Shown here piece after piece: positions 17,663 to 27,584 of a DNA stretch of 64,000 bases. The first letter of the stretch is position 1. Every line of letters begins with the position of its first letter. Source of the stretch: Thermoplasmata archaeon. GTDB lineage: Archaea > Thermoplasmatota > Thermoplasmata > Lutacidiplasmatales > UBA184. Made by a program: the position numbers and the translations under genes. The stretch spans positions 15,409-79,408 of the forward strand of contig DAHUXZ010000005.1 of the NCBI GenBank assembly GCA_027315455.1, given 5' to 3'. The notes below the pieces were generated by a model. It was not told where the DNA came from and did no database searches. It saw only the letters and a program-made list of their open reading frames with translations.

Positions 17663-18343
17663 ATGGGGGAAGTCGGAGGCGTGGCATCGCCGGGGACCAT
17701 GCCCCGGGAGGTGGTCGAGGTGCGCGATCGGGACGATCGGCGCTTCGAGCTCCTCCTGCGCATCCACGAGAACGGGATGCGGGCGATGCTCGGGGTCACC
17801 AAGCACGAGGACTGGAGGTCCCGGCCGCACAACACGAGCTACTTCGACTGCGTCATCGGCGCCCGGCTCGCCCGGATGGCCTACGACCGGTTCACCGACG
17901 CGCCGGAGCCGGTGCGCAACTTCCTGCGCCTCCACCACGTCCACGAGCTCTGCCACTGCACGATGGAGCGGCGACCGGTCGCCCAGCCGCTGGCCGACCG
18001 CATCTCGGGGTTCCTCGAGAAGGTCCTGACCGAGCACGGCCTCGTCGCGTACCTTGCCTGCGCCCCGCTCACCGCCGAGCGATCGGCGTTCGGCATCGCG
18101 CTCTTCGGCCGCTTCGACGACGACCCGCACACGACGACGAAGGGGGGGCTCGACGAGTTCTACCACACGACGACGCCGCTGCTGCTCCTCGCCTACTTGG
18201 CCCCCAGCGAGGGGGAGCTCGAGCAGGCGATCCGCGACCAGGAGGAGTTCCTCGGTCTGATGAAGGTCCCCGGGACCGGCCTCTACGCCCCGAGCCTCGA
18301 GGTCCGCTGCACCCTCTCCGGGCGCGATGCCCACGACGTCTAG
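17663..18343 (+). CDS. hypothetical protein with HExxH motif (possible zinc metallopeptidase-like)
   Basis: 226 aa, the protein-like C-terminal part of track ORF 17078..18343. Contains HHVHELCHC (HELCH = HExxH). TATA-like cttaag at ~17626. The upstream 195 codons of the track ORF are Arg/Pro-rich and look non-coding. Confidence 0.5.
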   Translation: MGEVGGVASPGTMPREVVEVRDRDDRRFELLLRIHENGMRAMLGVTKHEDWRSRPHNTSYFDCVIGARLARMAYDRFTDAPEPVRNFLRLHHVHELCHCTMERRPVAQPLADRISGFLEKVLTEHGLVAYLACAPLTAERSAFGIALFGRFDDDPHTTTKGGLDEFYHTTTPLLLLAYLAPSEGELEQAIRDQEEFLGLMKVPGTGLYAPSLEVRCTLSGRDAHDV

Positions 18344-18395
18344 GGTGCCTACCCGACCACCACCCGGTGGCGTTCGGCTACCGGCCGGGGCTCGA

Positions 18396-18404
18396 GGTTA
18401 ATAC
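18396..18404 (+). promoter_or_regulatory. TATA-box-like element upstream of psmB
   Basis: ggttaatac lies about 40 nt upstream of ATG 18441. Confidence 0.4.
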
Positions 18405-18440
18405 GGGGGCGCGTCTCGGCCCCTTCGCCGCGGTGGACCC

Positions 18441-19118
18441 ATGAGCTCCCCCCTTCCCGTGCAGGAGGTCGCGTCCCGGCTCCGAACCGGCACGACGACG
18501 ATCGGTCTCGTCCTCAAGGACGGGGTCGTGATGGCCTCGGAACGCCGAGCGACCGACGGCAGCTTCATCGCCAACAAGAACACGCTCAAGGTCTTCTCCC
18601 TCGATCGCCACCTCGCGGCGACGGTCGCGGGCGGGGTCGGCGACGCGCAGGCGCTCATCCGCTACCTGCGAGCGGAGATCGCCCTCTACCGGCTTCGCCG
18701 CGGCGGCGCGATCCCCGTCGAAGGGGCGGCGACGCTCCTCGCGAACATCCTCAACGGCAACCGCTACTTCCCCTACTATGCCTGGCTGATCGTCGGGGGC
18801 GTCGACTCGAAGGGCGGCCACGTGTACTCCGTCGACCCGGCCGGCGGTTCGATGGAGGACCGGTTCGTCTCCGTGGGGAGCGGCTCGACGTTCGCCTACG
18901 GGATCCTCGAGGAAGGCTACTCGCGCGACCTCGGCATGGCGGACGGCGTCGACCTCGTGCTCCGGGGCCTTACGGCCGCCATGAAGCGCGACAGCGCGAG
19001 CGGGGACGGCTACATCGTCCACGCGATCTCGACGAAGGAGTACCGCGAGTACACCGACGAGGAGATCCTCCGGCGGCTCAAGGCGCTCCACATCCCTCCC
19101 CCTCCCGCCCTTCCCTGA
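18441..19118 (+). CDS. psmB: proteasome subunit beta
   Basis: 225 aa. A propeptide is followed by the catalytic Thr in G/TTTIGLVLKDGVVMASERRAT, then GSGSTFAYG. Confidence 0.93.
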   Translation: MSSPLPVQEVASRLRTGTTTIGLVLKDGVVMASERRATDGSFIANKNTLKVFSLDRHLAATVAGGVGDAQALIRYLRAEIALYRLRRGGAIPVEGAATLLANILNGNRYFPYYAWLIVGGVDSKGGHVYSVDPAGGSMEDRFVSVGSGSTFAYGILEEGYSRDLGMADGVDLVLRGLTAAMKRDSASGDGYIVHAISTKEYREYTDEEILRRLKALHIPPPPALP

Positions 19119-19191
19119 ACCGGCGGAGCCCGGCCCCGCGGGGGCGCTTCGACGACCGAGCGGCCGTCGGCGGTGTCGGCCCAGCATCATG

Positions 19192-19199
19192 TTTATATT
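19192..19199 (+). promoter_or_regulatory. TATA box upstream of the RHH-FtsZ gene pair
   Basis: tttatatt sits in a locally A+T-rich stretch 56-63 nt upstream of ATG 19255. Confidence 0.5.
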
Positions 19200-19220
19200 C
19201 CCGTCAGCCATATGCCAATT

Positions 19221-19249
19221 GTCAGACAAAGGAGCAATCAACGTCTGAC
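19221..19249 (+). promoter_or_regulatory. perfect 7-bp inverted repeat (gtcagac-N15-gtctgac) spanning the ribosome-binding site of the RHH gene
   Basis: gtcagac at 19221-19227 and gtctgac at 19243-19249. The 15-nt spacer contains aggag. The element ends 6 nt before ATG 19255. Confidence 0.45.
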
Positions 19250-19254
19250 ACAGA

Positions 19255-19623
19255 ATGGCCGAAACCTCCGAGCGCGTCACCGTACGGATCCCGCAGGACC
19301 TTCTCGAGAAACTGCGACAGATCCAGCTGGCGAAGGGGACCGCGACGATCTCCGACACGATCCGCGAGGGCCTCGAGCGCTACATCGAGATGAATCTCCC
19401 GCCGCCGAACATCCGCAAGGTGGTCGTCGACCTCTCGCGGCAGGACAACCGTCAGCTCGAGGAGTTCGTCCGCGAAGGCAACTCGGTCTCCGTGGACGAT
19501 GCGGTGCGCTCGGCCGTGCGCGAATACATCCGGGCCCGCGTCGAGCACCTGGCCGCCGCCTCGGCGCGCCCCCGCCGGGACTCCGAGAGCCTCGCGGCGG
19601 CCGAGGGCCCTCCGCCCCCGTAA
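19255..19623 (+). CDS. ribbon-helix-helix (CopG/MetJ-like) protein with two RHH-like segments, CdrS/CdrL-like by synteny
   Basis: 122 aa. RVTVRIPQDLLEKLRQIQLAKG...ISDTIREGLERYI and KVVVDLSRQDNRQLEEFVREGNSVSVDDAVRSAVREYI each fit the beta-alpha-alpha pattern. It ends 17 nt upstream of an FtsZ paralog. Confidence 0.6.
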   Translation: MAETSERVTVRIPQDLLEKLRQIQLAKGTATISDTIREGLERYIEMNLPPPNIRKVVVDLSRQDNRQLEEFVREGNSVSVDDAVRSAVREYIRARVEHLAAASARPRRDSESLAAAEGPPPP

Positions 19624-19639
19624 GTCACGGGAGGCGGGA

Positions 19640-20656
19640 ATGGACGATTCGATCGAGGCCTGGGCCAGCTACGCCCACCGCAACGCCTTCGCCGTCGTCG
19701 GGCTCGGCGGCGCGGGAGGCGATGCCGTCCACGACATGCTCACGCTCGGGATCCCCGGGGTGCGCGCGGTGGCGGTCAACACCGACGCCCGGCACCTTCG
19801 GGACAAGCCGATCGACGAGCGGATCCTCCTCGGTCACCGTCGGCTGCGCGGGGGCGGCAGCGGGGGAGACCGGTCCCTCGTCCTCGAGGCCGCCCAGGAG
19901 AGCGAGGAGGAGCTCCTTCGCCGTCTCGGCCGCTACGAGATCGTCTTCCTGCTCGCCGGCCTCGGCGGCGGGACCGGTAGCGCGCTCCTTCCGTTCCTCG
20001 CGCGGATGCTCCGCAAGACCGAGCACACGCTCCCGGTCCCGATCGCCTTCCTCCCGTTCCAGATCGAGCTCGAGACGAACGCGGACCGGCGCGAGAACGT
20101 CTTCGCCACCCTCGAGGAGCTCGAGGAGATGGGGGGGCTCGTCCTCGCCCTCTCGAACGAGAAGCTGCGCCGCTTCGAGGCGCTTCCCCTTCCCCGGGTC
20201 TTCCAGGTGCGGAACACCTACCTCCACAACCTCGTCACGAGCCTCGTCGACATGGTCGAGAACCCCTCCCAGCTCAACGTCGACCTGGCCGGGCTCAAGG
20301 GCCATCTGAGAGAGGCGGGCCTCTCCACGCTCCTCCACGGGGAGTACCACGTCACCGAGCCGGACCGCCTCGTCCACCAGGCGTTCTCCGAGACCCTTCT
20401 CGACTTCTCCCTCCCGGAACGGGCGAGCGCCCTCGTCCACCTGGACGGCGGGTCGAACATGACGCTGCGCACCCTCGAGCGGGTCCTCTCCTCGCTCCGG
20501 CGACGGCTCGGGGAGCCCCGCCGCCTCCTCTTCGGGACCCGCGTCCACCCCGAGCGCCGGGAGGTCGTCCGCCTGACCGCCGTCGTCGGCGGGCTCAAGC
20601 CCCGGACGATGCGGGACGCGCTCGACCGGGCGCCGACGCTCGCCGAACCGGCCTAG
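19640..20656 (+). CDS. ftsZ: FtsZ/tubulin-family GTPase, short divergent paralog
   Basis: 338 aa from ATG 19640 (GGAGG upstream). G-box VVGLGGAGGD, AVNTDA, tubulin signature AGLGGGTGSA, and a T7-loop-like QLNVDLAGLK. The T3 region is atypical (RRLRGGGSGGDRS), and there is no C-terminal linker or tail. Confidence 0.75.
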   Translation: MDDSIEAWASYAHRNAFAVVGLGGAGGDAVHDMLTLGIPGVRAVAVNTDARHLRDKPIDERILLGHRRLRGGGSGGDRSLVLEAAQESEEELLRRLGRYEIVFLLAGLGGGTGSALLPFLARMLRKTEHTLPVPIAFLPFQIELETNADRRENVFATLEELEEMGGLVLALSNEKLRRFEALPLPRVFQVRNTYLHNLVTSLVDMVENPSQLNVDLAGLKGHLREAGLSTLLHGEYHVTEPDRLVHQAFSETLLDFSLPERASALVHLDGGSNMTLRTLERVLSSLRRRLGEPRRLLFGTRVHPERREVVRLTAVVGGLKPRTMRDALDRAPTLAEPA

Positions 20657-21264
20657 GCCCGCCGCGCGGCCTCGCGGCGGTCGAACTCGTTGTGGAGGAC
20701 GTCGACGCACTGCGAGGAGCGCATCGAGCGGGGCCCGAGGGAGATCGCCGGGACGTTGGCCGCGGTGAGGACCGCCGCCTCGGCGTCGGTGACGTCGGTG
20801 GGGTCGCTCAGGACGGCCGCGAACCCCTCGGTCGGGTCGACCCAGTCGCCCACGGGACGGCCGGTCTCCCTCAGCCAGATCGCCCCCGGCCGACGGCAGA
20901 ACTCGCCGAGCGCGACCAGCGGCTCGACGGGCCCGACCACGATCCCCGGGGAGGCCTCATGGTCCCTCACGAGGGGGATCGCCCGGACGAGGGCGTTCTT
21001 GAGGAGGGCGGCGGTGCTCCGCTCGTCCGGGTTGAGGTGGCGAAGGCGGCTGCCGCTCAGGCGGATGCGCCGGGCCGCCGGGGGCGGCTCGGCGACGAAC
21101 AGGATCTCCACCTCGGTGTCGCGGCGCAGGTCGTTCGACAGCGTGAAGGCCGTCGAGACGACCCGGGCGACCTCGTCCATCCGTCCGGCGCCCCCGGCGA
21201 GGTCGTTGAGGGTGAACGCTCCGGAGACCGGGACCCGGTGGGCGATCAGCAGGAACTGTCGCAT
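20653..21264 (-). CDS. trmY: tRNA (pseudouridine54-N1)-methyltransferase TrmY (SPOUT, DUF358)
   Basis: 203 aa. MRQFLLIAHRVPVSGAFTLNDLAGGAGRMDEVARVVSTAF matches the TrmY N-terminus as I recall it. Confidence 0.7.
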   Translation of the reverse strand: MRQFLLIAHRVPVSGAFTLNDLAGGAGRMDEVARVVSTAFTLSNDLRRDTEVEILFVAEPPPAARRIRLSGSRLRHLNPDERSTAALLKNALVRAIPLVRDHEASPGIVVGPVEPLVALGEFCRRPGAIWLRETGRPVGDWVDPTEGFAAVLSDPTDVTDAEAAVLTAANVPAISLGPRSMRSSQCVDVLHNEFDRREAARRA

Positions 21265-21331
21265 CGCCGCCCGAACGGGCGGGGGGCCTTGAACCTACCC
21301 CGTCCCGAGGGGCCGGGCGCTGCCGGAGGGC

Positions 21332-21994
21332 CTATTCGTTCGCCCGGCGGCGCGCGGGGCGGGCGGGGGGGGTCGGCCCGGCGGTGGGCGGGGTCGACGT
21401 CTTGCGCTCCAGCCACACCTCGTCCCCCAGCTCGTGGTAGACGGCGTGGGCGGGCAGCCCCGTGCCATGCTCCCCGTGGGGCAGGAGGAACGCTCCCGAC
21501 CGGGCGGCGTTCGAGGAGTAGACCACGTCGGTCTCCCCGGCGTCCGCCATCGCCTGGGTCTCCTCCCGGGCGAGGTCGAAGATGCGGTCCTTGCGGAACA
21601 TCCAGTAGTGGATCCGCCACTCCCGGCCGTCGTAGAGCGTCGTCTCGTCCCGCTCCGTCTCGAGGATACCGGTGTCCTCGAGCATGTAGAACGTGTCCCG
21701 GTCGTCCGGCTCGAGGACGTTGTCGATGATCCGCTCGTTGAACCCGAAGAAGTTGAGCACGTGGGCGGCGATCGACCGGGCGTCCTCCGGCCGCATCCCG
21801 TCGTGGCCGACGGACCGCCGGATCGCCTTCGCGAGCGAGTCGTGGTCGACGGGTCCCGCCATCGCCAGCGCCGCATCCTGGGGCAGCCCGGCGCGCGTCA
21901 TTCGGACGTCCTCGGCCGAACGCAGCGGCACGGGGTTGCGCAGCGTGTAGTGGCCCCGCCCCGACGGGAGACCCGGTGACCCGGAAGGTTCCAT
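21332..21994 (-). CDS. conserved-looking hypothetical protein
   Basis: 220 aa from ATG 21994. Well-composed sequence (IAAHVLNFFGFNERIIDNVLEPDDRDTFYMLEDTGILETERDETTLYDGREWRIHYWMFRKDRIF). A TATA-like cttatag lies on the coding strand at 22016-22024. Confidence 0.6.
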   Translation of the reverse strand: MEPSGSPGLPSGRGHYTLRNPVPLRSAEDVRMTRAGLPQDAALAMAGPVDHDSLAKAIRRSVGHDGMRPEDARSIAAHVLNFFGFNERIIDNVLEPDDRDTFYMLEDTGILETERDETTLYDGREWRIHYWMFRKDRIFDLAREETQAMADAGETDVVYSSNAARSGAFLLPHGEHGTGLPAHAVYHELGDEVWLERKTSTPPTAGPTPPARPARRRANE

Positions 21995-22015
21995 GCACTC
22001 TAGATTTCTGACCGA

Positions 22016-22024
22016 CACTATAAG
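22016..22024 (-). promoter_or_regulatory. TATA-box-like element for gene 21332..21994
   Basis: The reverse strand reads cttatagtg, about 25 nt upstream of ATG 21994, suggesting a leaderless or short-leader transcript. Confidence 0.4.
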
Positions 22025-22109
22025 AAGCTTCCCTCGCCGTCTGAGTTATCCGACCGATTCGGGACGGGGGTCCGGACCCCCTCCGGGCGCCGCCGCGGGG
22101 CCAGCGTCG

Positions 22110-22691
22110 TCAGCCTCCTCGGCGGGGACGCCCGATCCGCTGGAGCGCTTCGACCCGGGGGCGCCACTCCTCCGACTCGATGCGGGACTCGAGCTCGGTG
22201 AGCTCGGCGAGGTCGCGATCGAGGGGCAGGAGCGACTTCGCGAGGTAGACGTGGGCGAAGCCGCCCGGCGCGGGCCCGGTCCAGCCCCGGGCCGTCCGCT
22301 CCTGCGCCCGGTACTCGTAGTACTCGGGGGCCGGGAGGAACCACAGGAGGGTATCGTCGGTCGCCTTGGTCCCGTTCGGGCCCCGAGGGGCGACCTGGAG
22401 GCCGAGATGGCGGACGACGGCCCCCGGGATGTTGAACAGGAGCTTGTCGCTCAGCCGGGCCGGGGCGATGTAGCGGTTGCGGACGGTCTCCACGGCGAGG
22501 ATCTCGCGGGCGGCGTAGGAGGCGACGACCCGGGCGATGCCGGGGCCGCGGGCGAGGAAGGCGATCCCGCGCCCGGGGGAGCGCAGGTCCCGCACCTCGT
22601 TCGGGCGGTACTCCAGGAGCGCCGCGACCTCCGTCGGCAGCTGGGCGGCGAGCCACGTCGGATGGACCGCACGGAGGACCACGTACTCCAT
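22110..22691 (-). CDS. hypothetical protein, possible AbrB/SpoVT-like segment
   Basis: 193 aa. KLLFNIPGAVVRHLGLQVAP resembles a swapped-hairpin (AbrB/MazE) strand pair. The C-terminus is a coiled coil. A TATA-like cttatacc lies upstream at ~22712-22720. Confidence 0.5.
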   Translation of the reverse strand: MEYVVLRAVHPTWLAAQLPTEVAALLEYRPNEVRDLRSPGRGIAFLARGPGIARVVASYAAREILAVETVRNRYIAPARLSDKLLFNIPGAVVRHLGLQVAPRGPNGTKATDDTLLWFLPAPEYYEYRAQERTARGWTGPAPGGFAHVYLAKSLLPLDRDLAELTELESRIESEEWRPRVEALQRIGRPRRGG

Positions 22692-22730
22692 CGGCCCCGG
22701 AGTACGAGCGTGCGCCCGGTATAAGAAGGC

Positions 22731-23408
22731 TCATCGGGGGGAGGGGGCATCGTTCACCGGCTGACGCGCACGCGCCGACGCGAGCACCGGGAGGAGGGCG
22801 GTGAGGTCCGTCCCATCGAGGGCGACGTCGGCGGCGGCCCGCACCTCGGCGAGCGGCGAGTGGAAGGCGACGCCGAAGCCGACGAACGGGAAGACGGCGG
22901 CGTCCGCCCAGCCGTCGCCCACGTGGGCCGTCTCCCCCGCGCGGACCCCCGCCCGCGCGAGCAGGCGGGCCAGCCCCTGCCGCTTGCCGGCGTGGGCCGA
23001 CTCGGCCGCCACGACGCGCCCCGCTCTCACCCTCCGGCCGTTCGTCCCCTCGTAGTCGTCGAGGCCGAACGCTCGGACGTACCACGCGCAGACGTAGTCC
23101 GGATTGTGGGTGAGGAGGGCGAGCCGGACCCCGTCCTCACGCAGGGCCGCCATCGTCGCGCCGATCCCCGACACCTTGGGGGTGGCGGCGAGGATCCCTT
23201 CGACCTCGGCGACGGGAAGGCCCACCGCGAGGGCCAGCAGGTCGTTGAGGTGGGTGTCCTCGTCGATCGCGCGGGCCCGGAAGGCCCGCTGGGTCCGCTC
23301 GTAGGCGGCGAGCTGCCCGGTCGCCCGCGCGATGGCGAGCCAGCCGTGCTCCGTGGTGAGGGTCCCGTCCAGGTCGAAGGTGACGAGACGGAAGGGGAAC
23401 CGGGCCAC
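22731..23408 (-). CDS. HAD-superfamily hydrolase (phosphoserine phosphatase-like subfamily IB)
   Basis: 225 aa. Motif I VTFDLDGTLT, motif IV GDGWADA. Confidence 0.75.
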   Translation of the reverse strand: MARFPFRLVTFDLDGTLTTEHGWLAIARATGQLAAYERTQRAFRARAIDEDTHLNDLLALAVGLPVAEVEGILAATPKVSGIGATMAALREDGVRLALLTHNPDYVCAWYVRAFGLDDYEGTNGRRVRAGRVVAAESAHAGKRQGLARLLARAGVRAGETAHVGDGWADAAVFPFVGFGVAFHSPLAEVRAAADVALDGTDLTALLPVLASARARQPVNDAPSPR

Positions 23409-23410
23409 CG

Positions 23411-23755
23411 CTAGCTCCGCCGCCGTCCCGCCGACGCCCCCATGAGGAGCCCGCCGACCCAGACGGCCAGGAGGGCCGCGCCGAGGATCGCGATGCCCCG
23501 GGAGAGCGCCGCCCCGGAGGTGGGAAGCTCGGCCGCGGCGAGAAAGAGCCCGAGGAACGTCAGCGCGAGGCCGAAAAGGACCCTTCCCTGGCGACGGCGC
23601 CGCGCGGTCTCCGGGTCCGCGCGGGCCGGGGGGGAAGGAGAGGCCGCGCCCACGGCGGGGCCGAGCCGCGCAGGGAGATAACCTCCCGCGCCGGGCGCAC
23701 TACGGCTCGGCCGCCGTATCGGCCGAGGCGAGGGGGGCATCCGTTTCGGGCGCAC
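23411..23755 (-). CDS. possible small two-TM membrane protein (start uncertain)
   Basis: The C-terminal ~60 aa form two hydrophobic helices (VLFGLALTFLGLFLAAA / IAILGAALLAVWVGGLLMG). The N-terminal part overlaps the antiporter gene and is Pro/Arg-rich, so the true ORF is probably shorter. Confidence 0.3.
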   Translation of the reverse strand: MRPKRMPPSPRPIRRPSRSAPGAGGYLPARLGPAVGAASPSPPARADPETARRRRQGRVLFGLALTFLGLFLAAAELPTSGAALSRGIAILGAALLAVWVGGLLMGASAGRRRS

Positions 23756-24998
23756 GCCAATGGACCATGTCGGTGGGTCGGCGCTCGAGGCGGAGCCCCC
23801 CGTAGTACGCGGCCCCGATCGGGGCGACGACGGTCGTGACGAGCCCCACGGCGGCGACGATCGTGTAGAGCCGCGTCGAGAAGACGCCGCTCTGCAGGAG
23901 GATCACGGCCATGGCGAGCTCGACCGCCCCGCGACTGCTGACGAAGAACCCGATCGCCATCGCCTGCGGCGGGGCCCACCGCATGAGCCGCGCGACCCCC
24001 GCGCCGAACACGACCTTGCCCGCGATCGCGAGCGCGACCAGGCCGGCGAACACGGCCAGGTCGGACGGGGAACCGGCGAGGAGCCTCAGGTTCATCCCCA
24101 GGCCGACGAAGGCGAAGAACAGGGGGATGAAGAACCCCCAGGTCATCGCGTCGAACACCTGGCTGATCGACCGGTGGGACATCGGCCCGGCGCTCTGCGG
24201 GGTGATGAGCAGGCCCGCGTAGAACGCCCCGACGAGGAACGTGAGACCGAGGAACTGCGAATACAGCGCCGAGCCGAGCGCCATCACCATCAGGACCGCG
24301 AACCCGGCCTCCCGGGACCTCCAGGTGCGGTGGAAGTGGCGGCGGAGCCGCTCCCACGACGGGCTTGAGCGGAGGGCCCTCAGCGCCATGTGCGCGGTCA
24401 GCACCGTCGTCAAGAACAGGGCGACCGAAACGACGGCCGCGATGGCCGAGAGGAGGCTGCTCCCCGTCCCGAGCCGGAGGAGGACGGCGAAGACCGTCAC
24501 GGCGGCGAGCTCGTTGATGACCGCGGCGTTCATCAGCCACCGGCCGAGGCGGGAGCGGACGATCCCGAACTCCCGGAGCATGACCCCCATCACGGGTAGG
24601 GCGGTGATCGACAGCGTCAGGGCCACGAACAGGGAGGTGAGGGAGGGGAGACCCGGGAACAGCACGGGGACGAGGAGGGCCGCCACGAGGAACGGGCCGA
24701 CGAACACCGCGATCCCGAGCAGGCCCGAGGCGAGGCCCGTCGCGTAGATCTCCTCGATCGAGACCTCGAGCCCCGCCATGACGAGGATGAAGAACGTCGC
24801 CAGGAACTGGATCCCGCTGAAGCCGGGCGTCGCCGTCGAGAGGCCGAGGTACGGACCGAGCAGGGTCGGGCCGAGGACGACCCCGACCAGGAGCTGGCCG
24901 ACGAGCGCCGTCTGGCCGAGCCGGCTCGTGAGCTCCCCGACCAGCACGGCCGCCGCGAGGAGGATGAACAGGTCGACGATAAACCCCGTGAGATCCAT
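23700..24998 (-). CDS. monovalent cation:proton antiporter (CPA2/Kef-type Na+/H+ exchanger family)
   Basis: About 432 aa from Met 24998 (MDLTGFIVDLFILLAAAVLVGELTSRLGQTALVGQLLVGVVLGP), with 11-13 TM helices. Confidence 0.8.
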   Translation of the reverse strand: MDLTGFIVDLFILLAAAVLVGELTSRLGQTALVGQLLVGVVLGPTLLGPYLGLSTATPGFSGIQFLATFFILVMAGLEVSIEEIYATGLASGLLGIAVFVGPFLVAALLVPVLFPGLPSLTSLFVALTLSITALPVMGVMLREFGIVRSRLGRWLMNAAVINELAAVTVFAVLLRLGTGSSLLSAIAAVVSVALFLTTVLTAHMALRALRSSPSWERLRRHFHRTWRSREAGFAVLMVMALGSALYSQFLGLTFLVGAFYAGLLITPQSAGPMSHRSISQVFDAMTWGFFIPLFFAFVGLGMNLRLLAGSPSDLAVFAGLVALAIAGKVVFGAGVARLMRWAPPQAMAIGFFVSSRGAVELAMAVILLQSGVFSTRLYTIVAAVGLVTTVVAPIGAAYYGGLRLERRPTDMVHWRAPETDAPLASADTAAEP

Positions 24999-25066
24999 AA
25001 CGGCGGCCGACCGGAAGCCGGGCCCACGGTCGACCGAAATCCCTGCGCGGCGGCCCATAACAAGGT

Positions 25067-25561
25067 TTGCTTCGACTGGCCCCCGCGGCGGCTATGACCT
25101 CCCGCTGCGTCCCGACATCCGTGCCATCGCGTCCCCCCCGCGCGAGCGACCCCGCCCGTCCGGCCGGAGAGCTTGCCGGGGAGCGGCGGACCCGGGCGCT
25201 CGAGGAGCGGCTCGACGTGCGCCCCCGACGCGAGTCCCACTTCCTCCGGGCCGAGGTGCGCAATCCCGCCCACGGCACCCGCTACGAGGTCCTGCTGCCG
25301 GCCTACCCCTCGCGCGAAGGGGCCTTCTGCTCCTGCGAGGACTTCGCGCGGCGCGGGATCGGGACCTGCAAGCACGTGGAGTCCGCGACGCTCTACTTCG
25401 ACGAGCGCCCCGAGGCCGCCGCGCAGCGCGCGGCGCCTCCGCGGCCGACCGGCCTCTGGGAGGAGATCGATCGACGGGGGGCCGAGGGCGGTCCCCCCGA
25501 AGCTACGCGTCGCCTGCGCTGGGCCGGGGCGGCGCTCGTCGAAGCGCCGGACACCCCCTAG
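25067..25561 (+). CDS. SWIM zinc-finger protein
   Basis: 164 aa. CSCEDFARRGIGTCKHVES fits the SWIM CxCxnCxH signature. The start is uncertain. Confidence 0.55.
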   Translation: MLRLAPAAAMTSRCVPTSVPSRPPRASDPARPAGELAGERRTRALEERLDVRPRRESHFLRAEVRNPAHGTRYEVLLPAYPSREGAFCSCEDFARRGIGTCKHVESATLYFDERPEAAAQRAAPPRPTGLWEEIDRRGAEGGPPEATRRLRWAGAALVEAPDTP

Positions 25562-25654
25562 CGGAACGGGCCCCGGGCGGGTCCCCGTGCCGCGGAGGCC
25601 GCCCCCGGCAGGGAGCGGAAGGGGTTTCTCGGGCCGACGGCGGACGCGGAGCGC

Positions 25655-27364
<1,710 letters not shown>

Positions 27365-27584
27365 CTCGTGTACCTCGTTCCACGGCCCGCGTCCACCGCT
27401 GGGCCTTGAGCCGACTCACCCCCTCCCCCTTACATATACAATCTGTAGTCGAAGGGACGACAGATCGAGCCGCCCATGACGGGGGTTCGCACGCCTTCTC
27501 GAGCGACAGACGGCCGAGGACCGCCCCTTCCCAGCCCCCTCACAGATTAATTCCCTTGGGAGGTTTACCGAGCAGAGCCGATCC

